NCBI GenBank assembly: GCA_034780895.1
Contig: JAUZTB010000071.1
Span: forward strand, 5,678,891 to 5,742,890
Reading direction: 5' to 3'
Length of the DNA stretch: 64,000 nt
DNA from: Rhynchobatus australiae
Lineage: Eukaryota
Below, one piece after another: positions 40,828 to 54,375 of the stretch. The notes under the pieces are model-generated. The model saw only the letters and a list, made by a program, of their open reading frames with translations. It ran no database searches and was not told where the DNA came from. Each line of letters begins with the position of its first letter. The stretch's first letter is position 1. Position numbers and translations under genes: made by a program.

Positions 40828-40941
40828 CTCGGAANNNNNNNNNNNNNNNNNNNNNNNNNNNNNNNNNNNNNNNNNNNNNNNNNNNNNNNNNNNNNNNNNN
40901 NNNNNNNNNNNNNNNNNNNNNNNNNNNNNNNNNNCACAGAC

Positions 40942-40990
<49 letters not shown>

Positions 40991-41060
40991 CTCGGAAACT
41001 GTAACTGAGAACAAAAATCCCGAGGCAGAGAGACAGACAAATATAGAGAGACAGAGCGAT
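40610..41060. repeat. (GA)n and (CA)n microsatellite block upstream of the promoter
   Basis: Direct reading; includes a 100-N gap with duplicated flanks. Confidence 0.9.
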
Positions 41061-43459
41061 CCAAAGTGGGAGCGACATACAGCGAGAGGCAGGCCCACTT
41101 CCACAGAGAGAAAGACGTGAACGCGGGAGGGGGGAGTTGCGGTGGGAGGAATTGGCACCAACGTAAAACGAACAAATATTGAAATATATAATTTTATAAA
41201 ATGGAGCCCCTTACAAACTATACAGAACCATACTTGCAAAATAAAGGAAAAGCCGAGTCATAATGCCCCTTTCTATCGTGTATCAACCCGCGATTACAAG
41301 TGGTTTGAGAGTGCGTAGATCAATAGTTAGGTGTTTGAAACGGGGAATGGGGTACCCGGTTCCTGTTGGCCTATTCGTGTGAAATAATCTCTGCTTCTAA
41401 CACCGGGCAAAGGAAGGGCACGGGGGTTCGTCCTGAACTACCGTTCGGCATTTGTTTAACGTGGTGGATACACACGGCAGCACCTCGCACATGGAATTAT
41501 CAATCTCTCTGCACTCCTGGATTCTGATTGTTCGGCACAGCGATTGTTTATTCTATTCACACTTCAAGTAATGGGCTCTTTCACATTACAGCTTTCTCCT
41601 GAATATTTGTATCTATTTTGCGTGCAACCATTTAAAAACTACAACACGGATTGTGCCTTATTTATCCATGTATATATAAGAATACTACAGAGATCCAATA
41701 TTGACCGTTGCCCAACCAACAGAGAGTGTCGATTAACGCCCCATTTTCTGATTGTTAATATTTGGGTCTTCGAGCAAGACCCATGAGCTCATTTCCAATG
41801 GGATTTTTTTTCCTCCTAATCATCGGTTTAACGGTTTAATTCCAGAGAAAACGGGGGTTCTGTCAAGTTGTAGTTGTGAGTTTCAGGGCGCCACCAGTTA
41901 GCTCCCGCTTCGCTCGTTGGCGTATTACATATTTTTATTATATCTTTATATATAACACGGTGCGTGGAGAGTGAGCGCAAGGCACACTTCACACAACATT
42001 AAACGGGAAAGAGGAATACGTTTCAAAGAGCGTCCTAAACAGCCATGCATTTAAGTGTGTGTAAGCTGCGGCGTATTGACCCACCCTGAAGATACTCCGA
42101 TCGATGTTCTCCAAGCTTCTGCCTCTGCTGTCTTCTGCTCCGTCGTATCCCCGATTTGTCACATTTAGAACCCGCACGCTCCCCTTGGAACCAATAAATG
42201 ATACGGGTTTGGTGTGGTGACGGGGGACGGGAGGGTGGTGGTGTTGGTGGCGGGGAAGGGTGAGCAGTAGTTAACATTGACAAATGAGCAACAACTGAAA
42301 TCCTGGAGCAAGTGCGCCGAGCTGCTGTGAGGCATCGAACGAGATAGGGAACACCTCGACTAAATAATTACACATTGTCGATACACAGTGATGGGCACAC
42401 GTATTCAAAGCGGTGGGCAGAAGCGGCAGTGGGAGGAGAGAGGGTTTGTGTGAAAACACTTTGCACAGAGTGTAATTATACACTCTGTTCCGCAGAGCTG
42501 GCGGAAACAGCCAATCGGGGCAGTCAAAAGGGGACTGGGTCGACATCTGAGGGGAATAATTTGCAGGGACGCGGGGAAAGAGCGGAAAAATGGTACTGAG
42601 TAGATTGCTCAGCAATGAGCTGGCGCGGAACTGATGGGCCGAATGGCTGCTTTTGTGTCCTAATGATTCTCTCAGGATGGGCTGTGTTAGTTAATATGGT
42701 GTAAAACTCTGGAAACTGAAAATACGTGAATGGCCCGCACTTCACACGGACACTGATCCAGTTAGAAAAGTCCTTAAGACAATATTTACAGGTGAGAGTT
42801 AGATCTTCTGCGCCGACGTTAGATTGGGGTTGGTTTAGATTTTATAGCACATGGCCTCTTCATACGTGAGAGAGTGAAAATCCTAAAAGAACCAGGTTTT
42901 TTTATGAGCTTTTAAATCTGGGCCGCTCAAAACTCTCAGGAAATGGTTCAAATCCCACTGTCCTGGACCAGATTAAACCGAGGCGATGGGGGAAAAATGG
43001 GTTATCATCTTTCCCGTTTAAAGTTGATGTTGCTTTGTGGGTGTCTTTGTTCATTTTGCTCTTTATTTTTGGATCACATTGATCTTCTTCACACTTAAAT
43101 TCTTTACTGCTTCATCGGGGCAACCCAGTCCTGAACACGCTCAGATGAATGCCGCAGATGGAATTCTGAAGCAAGACGCCAAGACAAAAATCATGGAAGT
43201 AGATCGCTGGCGGTACCTTCGAGAGACACTTACACTGGGACACACACCTCACATTGGGGCACACACCTCTCCGCCTTGGAAGCGCACTCTCTCTTTTGTA
43301 TTTAGGTGCTGACCGACCGGCTGAGCAGTTCCAGCGTGTCCTGTTGCTAAATGAGCGGATCCACTTCATTCCAATTAACACGCGCGGGACCGGATTACTC
43401 TCTTCCGGGCGAGATGCTAAATCTCTCATGTGGATTCAAACGATTTCGTGACATAACTT

Positions 43460-43685
43460 TCGGGAAGAGTCTGCAGTCCTCCCACATATTGCTGCCAACG
43501 TTTATCCCGCCCCCAATCAACACTTCTTAAAACTAAAAGAGAAATAGATGGTCATATTGGGTTTTTTTTACGTGCGGTCTTGCTGTGCACATTTGGGTCA
43601 GGTTTCCTACATCTGCACAATGACCAGACGTGCCTCTCTGGGGCCTTTTGAAAGGCGCTATTGAAATGTAAGACTTTTTTTTTCT
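43460..43685 (+). mobile_element. Decayed DeuSINE fragment
   Basis: GCCAACGTTTATCCC..TCAACAC..GGTCATATTG..TCTTGCTGTGCACATTTGG..GTTTCCTACAT..GAAAGGCGCTAT. Confidence 0.5.
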
Positions 43686-44945
43686 AAAAACGTCTGTAAT
43701 ATAACGGCGTATTTCAACTCAATAACCGCAGAATACATCAAAGTGCTGGGATTGGATTAATCTCCAAAATCTCTGCAACTATCAAGCAATTGAAAATGTG
43801 GTTTCATATTTTAATAACAAGATTCTGCTAGGTGACGATCACTTTTGGTTTTCCACCGAATCTAACCGGTTGTTCCTGAAGTTATGATCTTGACAGCCCA
43901 CGGGGAAGACGCCGAGGTCAGTGAGATACAGTGGGGTGGTGCGACCTCCCATTGGCCGTACAGATGGCGTGAAGGGGAAGTAGTACATTCAAATTCACTC
44001 CTCCTCTCTTGCTTCGTGTCCCACATCAAATATTTATGTTTATCATTTTGGGTTTTCCGACATCTGCATTCTTATTGGTAGAGAGAGCTGGTGATGTAAT
44101 TGTGGGTGAGGTTATGGAAACGTCCTGCATTTAGAGTTAAACCAGCAAATCTCGTCTAAACTCGACCACCGCCCCTCCGAGAGCGTTAACCACAGAGCAA
44201 GTTCAGGTCAACATTTACACGTGAATTCCCCTCACTAGAAATCGGATCATTTGCGTATCTTCACGTGATTCATCTTGATGTGGAAAAGTTTCCAATATCG
44301 CAGAAGAAACTACACTTCAGATTGGCTGCCCAGCGTTTCAACTCGTACGTGGGCCGAGCAGAGCGCTGCACTGAAGCAAGCTCTTTCTTGCAAGAGAGTC
44401 CGCTCCAGACGGGAGGCCGTTGGTGTTTTCGGTGAGTACTTCACAGCAGTAGTAAGCGCATACTCCACAGATTTCAAATATTTATCGGGCGGCGGATGAC
44501 GTAGTTTCAGAAATTTCCCAACATGAAGGTGATACAACACATCCCGCAAAACGTGTGCCATCTCAGCAGAAGTGGAGATTCCCGCCAACTTCCAGTGAAA
44601 TTTGGGAGAAAAATAAGGTCCACAATTTCATAGGAATCACGCACTTGGGGCTCACTTCTAACCCGAGGTGCTCTTTTGTTTTCCTGACCAGTTTGAGTTA
44701 GTGTTCTCTGATATGTAATCTCCTCCAAATAATGGGATCAAATGCCATGGTGTTGACTTTCCACTCTTATACCTTTAAATTCCCCAGAAATTAAATCTCC
44801 TGCTATCCTTCAGTGGTTCCCCGCTCCATCTCCTTCGTTATAGTAAATAGGAACATTTGATTAACCATGATTAATTCCGGATTTAACCCTTCTTGCAGTT
44901 TTCTTCATTGTTTCTTTTTTTCTGTTTTTTTGCTTCTCCCAGGTG

Positions 44946-44946
<1 letters not shown>

Positions 44947-45000
<54 letters not shown>
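44947..45000. repeat. (TG)n microsatellite
   Basis: Direct reading. Confidence 0.95.
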
Positions 45001-45003
<3 letters not shown>

Positions 45004-48000
45004 GTGATGGAGGTTAACGGTGAGTTTCGAACGGTTGAGGGCGATAAGAGCGACAAGGGAACGGGTTGGCGAAAAGCTGATGTGGAGATGGTGTAAGGGG
45101 TTAGTGATGATCTACCGAGCACCGTGCTATGGGTGAGGTTTGGATTAGCCCGTACGTTCATCACAAATGCACAATTTTTGCCTGCTACGTTTAGTAATTA
45201 CGTATTTGCTAATTATAGGGATCGACAATTAAAAGTGAAGATTACAATCACTCGGCTTTTCTGATTTAAGTATGAATGGGAGAGCCAAACTATAGCGGTC
45301 ATACAATAAGTAGATAGGGAGGTAATAGAATAACGCCAATTAGGCAGGCAATTTATCACCTTTCCGCTTACAATGTAATTTCACGAACATCCTTGCATTT
45401 GGAAGTTGCTTTTCCAACTTTGCGGCTCTTCTCATGCACGAGATTTTCTGTCGTGTTTCCAGGCTGCAGTTTTGCCGGACCTGCTCAGTTGCATTGAATC
45501 TTTAACCAGATTCCATGCAGATGGCGAACGCTCCTGAGCCTGACACGGCTGATCTATCTCCTTTGGAGGGAACGGTCCATGGACAGTAAATGTCACCTCT
45601 CCAAGGCTGAATTTTAGGAAAACAGTTTGCCTTCAGCAGTAGATGAGGGGAGATGTGTTTCACTGTGTATTGAACCATCAGCTTGTCCGGAAATGTTTGA
45701 CAATGCATGCGACTTAATCACAAGAGACATTCCTGAAAACTTCCAGAAGTGATCGGAAGGGAAAATTCCGATATTCCAATCACTGTCATTATGGACAGTG
45801 CATGAAGTCAGATTTCTTCCTACAGGAGGAGCGGGTTGTGATAATTGAAGACACTGAAGTGTTTGAAAGTGGCCGGGAGGACAGAGTTTTAAAATTCATC
45901 CTTGCAGCAATGTCCCGACCCTCCCGTAGTCTTGGGCTACACCGCTGAATGCGGAAACGCTGATTTCAGTTGGCTGGAGGAGGTGAATATTTACAGCGCT
46001 TCCGCCATTTTCTATTCAATGTCGAACAAAGTCATGATATGGCTGAAAGAAAAACGCACCAATATAGTGCGGGCACGCCTTCAAAGGTTTTTTTAACTCG
46101 GTTTGGTCTGCCAATCGGGATACAACCATGACTACTTGGAGTGTGGCTTGGGAATTAAAATCCAAGTTATTGTTATTCTTTTCTTTTTAAAGCAATCTCA
46201 CCTTTATATGTTGTATTTTTACATTAATAGTTCCTTTGATTTTATTGCAGGTGCATTAAAATCCATTTAGTTAGCTTGCACAAATTAATAGAGTTGCAAC
46301 TGTGGAGTTGCAAGTCAGTGGGAGTTTCCAGCAATACATTGCAAGGTTTCATAGACGCCACATTCCGATGGCCTTTCTTCCGAATGCCAACAAGGAATTC
46401 AAAACAACACTCTTATGTTTCATGGGCGCTGGATTCGAGAGAGTCGGTAGGTCGGGCGCCTCAAAGGTTTATGAAGTAGAATAAAAATCAAACTCCTTTT
46501 TATAGGTTTCGGCTAAATTCCGAGCAGCTCCCTTAATTATTTTTGTTGGGCTTTTTCTGAAGTTCTCAAACTTCCCTGAAGTATATCCGGTGGGATGTGC
46601 CTGTCCCATTACACAGCCCAGCCCAGATTTAATTGGTGCTTGCACAATTGAAAAGCGGATTGGAAGAAATGATCTCCCTCTCCCTCGACGTACGCACACA
46701 TACATGTATACACATGCTCACACACAGACACAGACACACACACACTCCGCGTAATGCCTTCATTTCCCAATATAATTTTCTGTTTTTGCTGAACAGTGAT
46801 AAAGGGGTCATTTATCTGCCAAGGGGATCTCAAAGGACTAGTTCCCTCTTCAAGGAACCACGAGCTCCCAGAGTTAATTAATAGGCGGATGCTGGAGGTT
46901 AGGATAAAAAAAATTCAATTTCTCTTTTCTGTGGAAGGGTTGTTGCTACTGGCGCATGCTTCTCACGGGGGGGGGGAACGTTTTTCGTGACCCGAAATGC
47001 CCCATGAACAGGCAAATTCCTCCATTGTTGACAGCCGGCATTTAAAGCTTCATTCACCCTGTGTTCTTCTTGTTTTCAGTCCGTCCAGTGCATTTACATT
47101 TCCCGCGCATTACTTCCAGCTGATCTGCTATCTGTCACTGGCTCTGCCCCCGGTGTCTGATATGATACAATGGTGTTTTTTTTTTCTCTCTCTACCACCC
47201 CTCCCCTCTCTTCTGCAGCCACGGAGCAGGTTCCGCCTCTCTCAATCTGATTAGTCCGCGTTTCAGCAGCGCGCTCGCTCTGTATGGATGATCCCAGAGT
47301 CACTCTGTTATCCCTCGCTCACCAGATTACTTCAACGTTTTAAAAAAAAATAGAATGGCGTTCCACCCATAAAAACGCGACGTACTGAAACAATGATTTT
47401 TGTCCCAATTTTCTCGAACTTTGTTGGATATCCAGTCCCACGAAGAGATTTTTTTAGACCTAATCTATTAGAAGCCCTTAAATATTGGAAAAATGGCATT
47501 GAAATATTCTGACGCCGCGCTGAGGAAATGAAACGTTAGGTATTTTCCCAGAAGATGGGGTAGTGATTGAGTAGTATGTGTCGTATGTGCTGGTAAAAAA
47601 AACCGAATGCCATCTTAACCCAGATTTCATTGGCCTCGTTGTGTTTAGTTACCCATGTGGCGGGCAATTCCCACCCTAACTCTCCCTCAGTCTGGCCAGT
47701 ACATCCCACCGCACGTTGCCGCCAGTTTACCCCTTCACCCAACACCGAAGCTTCTGTTCCGCTCACTAGTCGCTACTCCAACCCCCTTCCTCAGTTTACT
47801 GCCAAGAGAACCGGTTGATTCCCGGACACCACCATCGCCTGCTGTCTTGGCCGATCTCTCCCCCCACCCCAGCACCAAGCACCTCTGATCTCAGGCACCG
47901 AGCACCCCCACTGTGACCACAGGAATGCCTCCTGGTGGTCACGGCAACCATTGGCAGCTCAAACCCCCTCCTCCGCACACTTCCTCGCCCTTCCCCAGCT

Positions 48001-48559
48001 CTGGGCCTCCCTCCTAGTTTCCAGCCCCTCTCCTGAGGATCAGCCCTCGGATTGATAAAAGCAAAGAAAATGACAGCACACGTGTTGGGGCAGAGGAGGT
48101 CACTCAGGCCCTTAGCCTGCTCCCCCATTCAGTGAGAACATGGCTGGTGTAGACTGCACCCTTGGCTCCCACCCACCCTGAGTCCCTTTCACCACCTCCC
48201 CCTCACCCTGTATCTGCCTCAACCTCTGATGTTCACAGACCCTGCTCCACCAGTCATTGAGGAAGATGCCTCCAATCTGTTCCAAGTGGGTGACTTGTGG
48301 TCGAGGTTCTCCCATGAGAGGGAACATCCTCAGCACACCTTCCCTGTGGGGACCCCCCCCACTGCCAGTAGGTTCTTAAACCCTGAGAAACCCGACCTCT
48401 ACCTCCGAACTTCAACTTGAACTCGTCATTATTTGTATAATTTATGTTAATTTAAGTTTTAATCATTCATGTTTGTAATGTATGATGCTGCTGCGAAAAG
48501 TTAATTTTCAAGCCATTTATACTCTGGGTAGTGTGTCCATGACAATAAACTTGAACTCT

Positions 48560-49320
48560 TCAGGTTTTCAGTGTTTAAATCAAACTTCCTCTCAGTTGTC
48601 TAGGCCCAGCCTCACCAACCTTTCCTCGTAAGACAAACTACCCATTCCTGGTATTAGTCAAGTAAACCTCCTCTTAAAATATCTTAAATATTTAGCGTCT
48701 GACGCAGCAGTCTCCCTGACACACCGTATAACAGGAGGGTAGCCTCCTTACTTTTGCTCTGTTTTCTGAGCAATAAATGATGACAGCATGCTAGCCTCAC
48801 TAATTAGTCGCTGTGCCTGTAAACTAGGTGTTGAGGCAGGTACAATTAAAGGTTGAGGCAGGTACAACAACAACTTTTAAAAGACAGTTGGACAGGTCCA
48901 TGGATGGGAAAGGTTTAGAAGGTTATGGGCCAAATGCTGGCAAATGGGACGAGCTTGGATGGGGCATCTTGGTCAGCATGGACAAATTGGGCGGAAGGGC
49001 CTGTTTCCATGCTGTATAACTTTGTGACTCTATTGCTCTCTATGACTCTAACCTTAAAACTGTGTCTTCTAGTTTTCGATTCCCTGGCCATGGAAGAAAG
49101 ATCACTCACTCCTGTACCCCTCATGCTTTTATACATCTCTATGAGATCGCCCCTCATTCTCCAACACTCCACAGAGTAAATGCCCAGGCTGTCAAACCTG
49201 TCCCTAGAACTCAGTCCCTCAAGTCCTGGCAACATCCTCATAAATCTTTTTCTGCACACTTTCCAGTTTAATCACATCCTTCCCATAACAGGGTGACTGA
49301 AAGGAACATGATCCAAATTC
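48560..49320. mobile_element. Cluster of CR1 LINE fragments in both orientations
   Basis: Plus-strand VEAGTTTTFKRQLDRSMD with tail (48830-49025). Minus-strand KDVIKLESVQK / RFMRMLPGLEGLS..RMRGDLIEMYK (49050-49300). Confidence 0.8.
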
Positions 49321-50377
49321 AACAGGAAAGTGACATCGGCATGAAGGTGAAGTTGCGACAGGAAGTACCACATCTAACTTCCCAGCAGGTGTGGCTTCCG
49401 TGTGTAAAATGCTTTTGTTGCTTGACTTACGTAGGCAGACTTGGGGCAAATGGATGCAGTTTCTAGACAGTCCTGCCCTGACTCTGTTATGCCACCAGTG
49501 GTCACAGAGTGTAACTGAAGCACCAACAGCTCCATTATAAAAGTGGACCAAAAATGCCTCAAGGAAGCATAAAAATAAGGATATGAACAACATTAAAGCA
49601 AGCCAGTTTATGTTCAGCTTCTAACCCTACGTCAGCAGAATACTATGCTCATTATCATTTCTATGTGCACATCACAGCAAGAGATAGACGAGTTTATTTA
49701 TAAATGTCTGGTTTCTGTGAGCAATATAATTATACCCCAGTGTTGATGTAATAAGGTTCCTCTGATTAATGTAATTGATATCATTTGAATTATATAATTT
49801 TAATTTGGAACAGATCTTGTATTGTAATTTAAAATATATCCACCTGTTTATCATTTACTCTTGATTGGTAATTTATCCAAAGGTTGCATGTTTATTTGCA
49901 TCCATTTCCCACACGATGATCTTTGTTGGAGCACTGTTCATTGAGCACACATGCCCTTTACCAAGTGGTTCACCTTGCCAGGAGAGTCAGTGAGGGAAGA
50001 GTAGAATATTGGGGCTTGAGCAACAACAGAACCAAGTCAAGTTCTTTTCCTTCTTCTCTTTTCCTCACCTCCTCAGTTCATGATGTTGCATTCTGCAAGG
50101 GTCACTGCATAACAACAGGGAGCAGGAACTCCGAGCAATCTCTCCTCTTCCCAACCCAGAGGCAGGAAAACAGATGTGGCTTAAAAGCAGCTACAGAACC
50201 TGTAATCCATTGAGGTTACCCTATTCACAGGTACACTAGAAATAAAGTACCCAGGAACAGTAGCATCTCCTTGATCCTGCCAAAAGTATTCTTGGTAATC
50301 TGTGAGTAACATGCATATATGTTATATATGCATATATGCATATATGTTATATATGCATGTTGCATATATGTTATACT

Positions 50378-50452
50378 ATGGATGTTGTCTACATGGACTT
50401 TAGTAAGGCCTTTGACAAGGTCCCACATGGGAGGTTAGTTCAGAAGGTTCAG
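50378..50452 (+). mobile_element. CR1 reverse-transcriptase fragment (runs into gap), preceded by an AT-rich ATATGC-type tract
   Basis: Peptide DVVYMDFSKAFDKVPHGRLVQKV. Confidence 0.85.
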
Positions 50453-53400
50453 NNNNNNNNNNNNNNNNNNNNNNNNNNNNNNNNNNNNNNNNNNNNNNNN
50501 NNNNNNNNNNNNNNNNNNNNNNNNNNNNNNNNNNNNNNNNNNNNNNNNNNNNCCCCCCCCCCAGCTCGCCTTTTAACCCAGCCGCTGCGCCGGTTAGTAA
50601 TTTCAATCACTTATTATTAACTTCCGTGTGACTTTGATCCTCTCTCTATAACATTATCATCTTCATTTGCGGAAACACGGGCCCAGTTCATGGGTCGATG
50701 CCGGCCCACAAGCGATCCTAACTTTCCATATGCAGTAATATAATTGCAATCACGAAATGGAATTATAGACTGAAAAATAACCTTGAGTTATAGTCCGTCG
50801 ACAGCTTCGTGGTTGCCCGTGGAGTCCAGGAGCTGGGAATTCGATTTATAAGTAAAAGTGAAATGTAGGAAAGTTTACGCCACTTTACACTGACTGGGTT
50901 AATGTGACTTCCGAGCTACCGTTCCAACATCTGAAAGAATAGACTCAGAAACGGTGGAATATTCGAGGCAGCCCGGGCTTCGAGAATAATTTTTCCTCGA
51001 CATTATTCAAAGTACAGAGAGAGAAAGAGAGAGACAGATTTAATAGCTTTCTAGGTTCCTGTTCATGTCAAAGTTCAAATAAATAACACAACATGTGGGC
51101 ATTATTGCCAAGATGCTGCTCAAAATTGGACTTATTTAAGATTTCAGTTGCAAAAAAAAAATCACTTCATTGACTTTGGAGCGACTTAGTAAATGTCAGT
51201 GGAAATTTAAAAAGGTAAATTCGCAAACTATCTGCAGGTTGTATATTGGACAAATGTTCCCTCTGGTAATTTCAATCTGTTCCCTGATGCCGTGCAACCC
51301 AGTTGCCAAATGTTTGCTCATCAGCTCTCTACAAGCTAAAATTAAAACTGCTTCCAGGGGCCGGGTCAACTGTTCCAACCCAGTCCGTACGGTGGTGGCT
51401 TACTTTCAAAAATTAAATGTATTGAAGATTCTGGTCAGGTTATTATTGAAGGCAAAAACATAGGTCAGCTTCAAAACTACAAAACAAATTAAGTCTCCAG
51501 GAATTCCCTTCAGTTTAGAGTCATTGTGTAAAAGTCAGACTCCCTTGTTCTCTATCACACGTGCATCTGTTACTTGTAACAAAACAGCTTAATACGTAAT
51601 TCGTGGCATCCCCATTTAGAGTCTCCTTGACCCTGCTCCATGTAGGTATGTCCAGAGAGAATCCAGGCCAGTGAGGACCTTCTAAGTTATGTCCTGATAC
51701 TCGACACTTCACAGCTATTCCTGGAGGTCACACATAAAGTATGGCTTTCCCAACAACCGAGCAAAAAAAGCCTTTTACTAATACAGAACATTTAAATATA
51801 TGTGAAATTTCTGGCTTATTTTTATTTATAATTTGCAACTTTTGAGCGCACTGTTAGCAACATACGAAATTGGCGAGCAGGAAAAAGACTCAGTCAGGAC
51901 CTGCATCCCACCGTGATGGCAAGAGCATGGTGGCTTCATTCCCGCTGCCCCACCTGTGCCCAACCCCACTACCCTCTCCCAACCACCCCTTCCCTCGCCC
52001 GGTTGACTATTCCCGGTTGGTCTCCCAGGAAGAACATGGCAGGCGGTGGAAAAGAACTATTAGTTGTGCAGCAGATATAGTTTGAAGTTCATAGCACAAT
52101 GTCGAAATAGTTTATTTTAATGTAAATGTTCCATATACTTAACAAGTTAAAATAAGCGATGAAATCAAGGGTTAACAATAATGACAGACGCCTGATGAGT
52201 TCCATTATTTACATAATTATATCTATGTTCTCCTAACAGATTTCATGCAATCTGCAACAAGTATCCTCGCTTTCCCAATGAACCTAATGTTGCCAGAAGT
52301 CCAGCAGTGAGTCCAGACAATATTCTGCAGTGAACAATGAAAGTATAAAGTTAGGGTGATTTATACGAGTGGGGATTTAATTTAGAACTTAACACATTAG
52401 CTTCAGAGAGTTGCACTTAGATCCAGGTGTCTAGTGCGTTATACTTTGACCCTTCTAAGTTATAATATTTTCTTGTTATCAGAATAGTTATGATTTTAAC
52501 CTTTTACATATAGTTTAATTTAGCAAGTATTTGTCCAATTCATTTTTTTTTTGTAAGTGGAGCAAATACTAATGCCAATTTCCTCCAGTCTTGTCGATGA
52601 AAGGTGATCTGCTAGTATTGTTTATTAAACTATACCTCTAATATGCGAATGCGGCACCGTTTTGTTTGTTTGAATAACTGGATAAATCAATATCTTCTAG
52701 TCATTTACTAGATGGACTATCTAGTTGAAAACATCAGTCAAAGCAGTCGCAGAGAAGAAACTGGTGTTTTTTTTAATCGTGCTCATACAGTTTTAAGGAG
52801 ATCTGGTTTTGATTGCTACGTGCGCAAGAGAAAGCCAGCGTCTGCATCTTGACCTCAGAAGTTCCATAGTCTGCCGTTTTCAGTTGATTGCTAAGCGCTA
52901 TCCCTTCCATTTCCCACGTTTTCCCCAGCGTTAGAGGAAACAGATGGCCGCAGATTGCTGCTGACAATCACACCACTTTCAATCTAGCAGTGGGAGATCT
53001 TATTTTTCTTTATTTCATATTCATCTCCAAATGTTATGGTAGGAGTGGGCGGTGATGAGTAACGAGGGAGGAGATTTGCTCTTGTGTAGGAGAAGTGGCC
53101 GGTGAAGTGGAGCGAAGGGTAGTTGGCATTTGGAAACTCAGAAAACTACTCGATAACTTACTTAGATTCTGGAGTATCTTTTCAGGTCAAGATGTAGACA
53201 TTCGTTTTCTCTTAAGAACTGAACAATCAAAACATCCATTTCTGGTCCAAAATTGTAGCAAACACAAAAACTGCGATGAATGGTGGTTAACAGTGATATC
53301 AGATGGGGTGTTGCCGCATCTTATCATGCAACATGTCAGCTGCAGAATTATCCCGTTCCGTTGAAACTCTGACGAGAAAGTGCAAGTGACACTATTCATG

Positions 53401-53999
53401 GCCAATTCTACACGAGGCGTTGCACATCATTTCACGTCACAGTGTGTCCTTTTTAAATGCTTGGGAAGACGAGTCACAGTAAAAGACAGAAAGTTAATAT
53501 AATGTGTTCCAGCTCTTAACTTAAACTCAACTTTCTGGCGTCGACTGATCTGCGTCGAGATTGATTGATGTAAGTGATATCCCAAGACTGTGTTTCAGCT
53601 TAGGAACAGACAAAGCGATTCAGAGACAGGCGGATGAGGGCAGCTTTAAAGCCATCGCGAAAATACAGCAGTTGTTACCCCTCCTCCACACGCATGGACG
53701 GAACCAACGCAACTCTGAAATCCAACACACTTCGCTGCAAATTTGTATCTTTCCTTCTGAAAAAATAAATCATAATTTGGATTGGTTGACAAAGTAGGAA
53801 GATTGACAACATTTTGCAACAATATTTGTGTTTGTGCGTCATTTATTGTCACCAGTGACAGTACAGAGTGATCACTATTCCCTGAAAACAATATAAAGTT
53901 ATACGAGGAATATAAAGCTTCGTACTTGAAATAACCCACATCAAAGGCTGATAGAAGTCACCCAACAAAGCCACTATTGATATGATGTGCAAGATAATT

Positions 54000-54375
54000 A
54001 AAAGAAAGAAACTTACTTTTATGTAGTGTCATCATGATATGAGAACGTCCCTCAACATATCTGGAGTGCAGTTGCTGGTTATATAGGAGGCCATGCCGTT
54101 ATATTAAGCACTGTAAGCCCTCACAAAGCACAACCCCGGTGACTAGGTTGTTTTTACTGATAGCATTAAAGGGATAAAGTTCAATCAAGACGGGTGAACC
54201 ATGGGATCTTCCTAGTTCACCCAAAGGTGGCGGAGGCCTTAGCCTAAACTCTCACCCAAAAGGCGGCATCCAACACAGCGTTACACCCTTTCAGGACTGT
54301 ATTAAAAGTCCATCCCAGATTCTGCAGCCGAGCTACCGAACTGCGGATTGAACCCACATAACTCAACTGCCTGAG
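54000..54375 (-). mobile_element. Decayed near-full-length DeuSINE
   Basis: CCATGGGATCTT..TCACCC, GGGATAAA and GATTGAACCCAC (B-box on minus); the tail lies at 54000. Confidence 0.5.

Noticed and set aside
40765-40997. Apparent tandem duplication across a gap (also 33389-33532 and 38670-38842)
   Set aside because: Near-identical sequence on both sides of 100-N gaps suggests unmerged contig overlaps or collapsed repeats, i.e. assembly artefacts.
40559-41239. Cys/Val-rich ORFs (also 33243-33703)
   Set aside because: They are translations of (TG)n/(CA)n/(GA)n microsatellites.
44310-44588. 92-aa minus-strand ORF considered as COMMD3 or another neighbour gene
   Set aside because: No similarity that I can recognise to COMMD3, PSMB3, CISD3, SPAG6 or MLLT6; non-ATG start.
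44915-44948. Recursive-splicing (AG|GT) site
   Set aside because: The reconstituted donor GTGAAG is weak and no long host intron is known on the plus strand.
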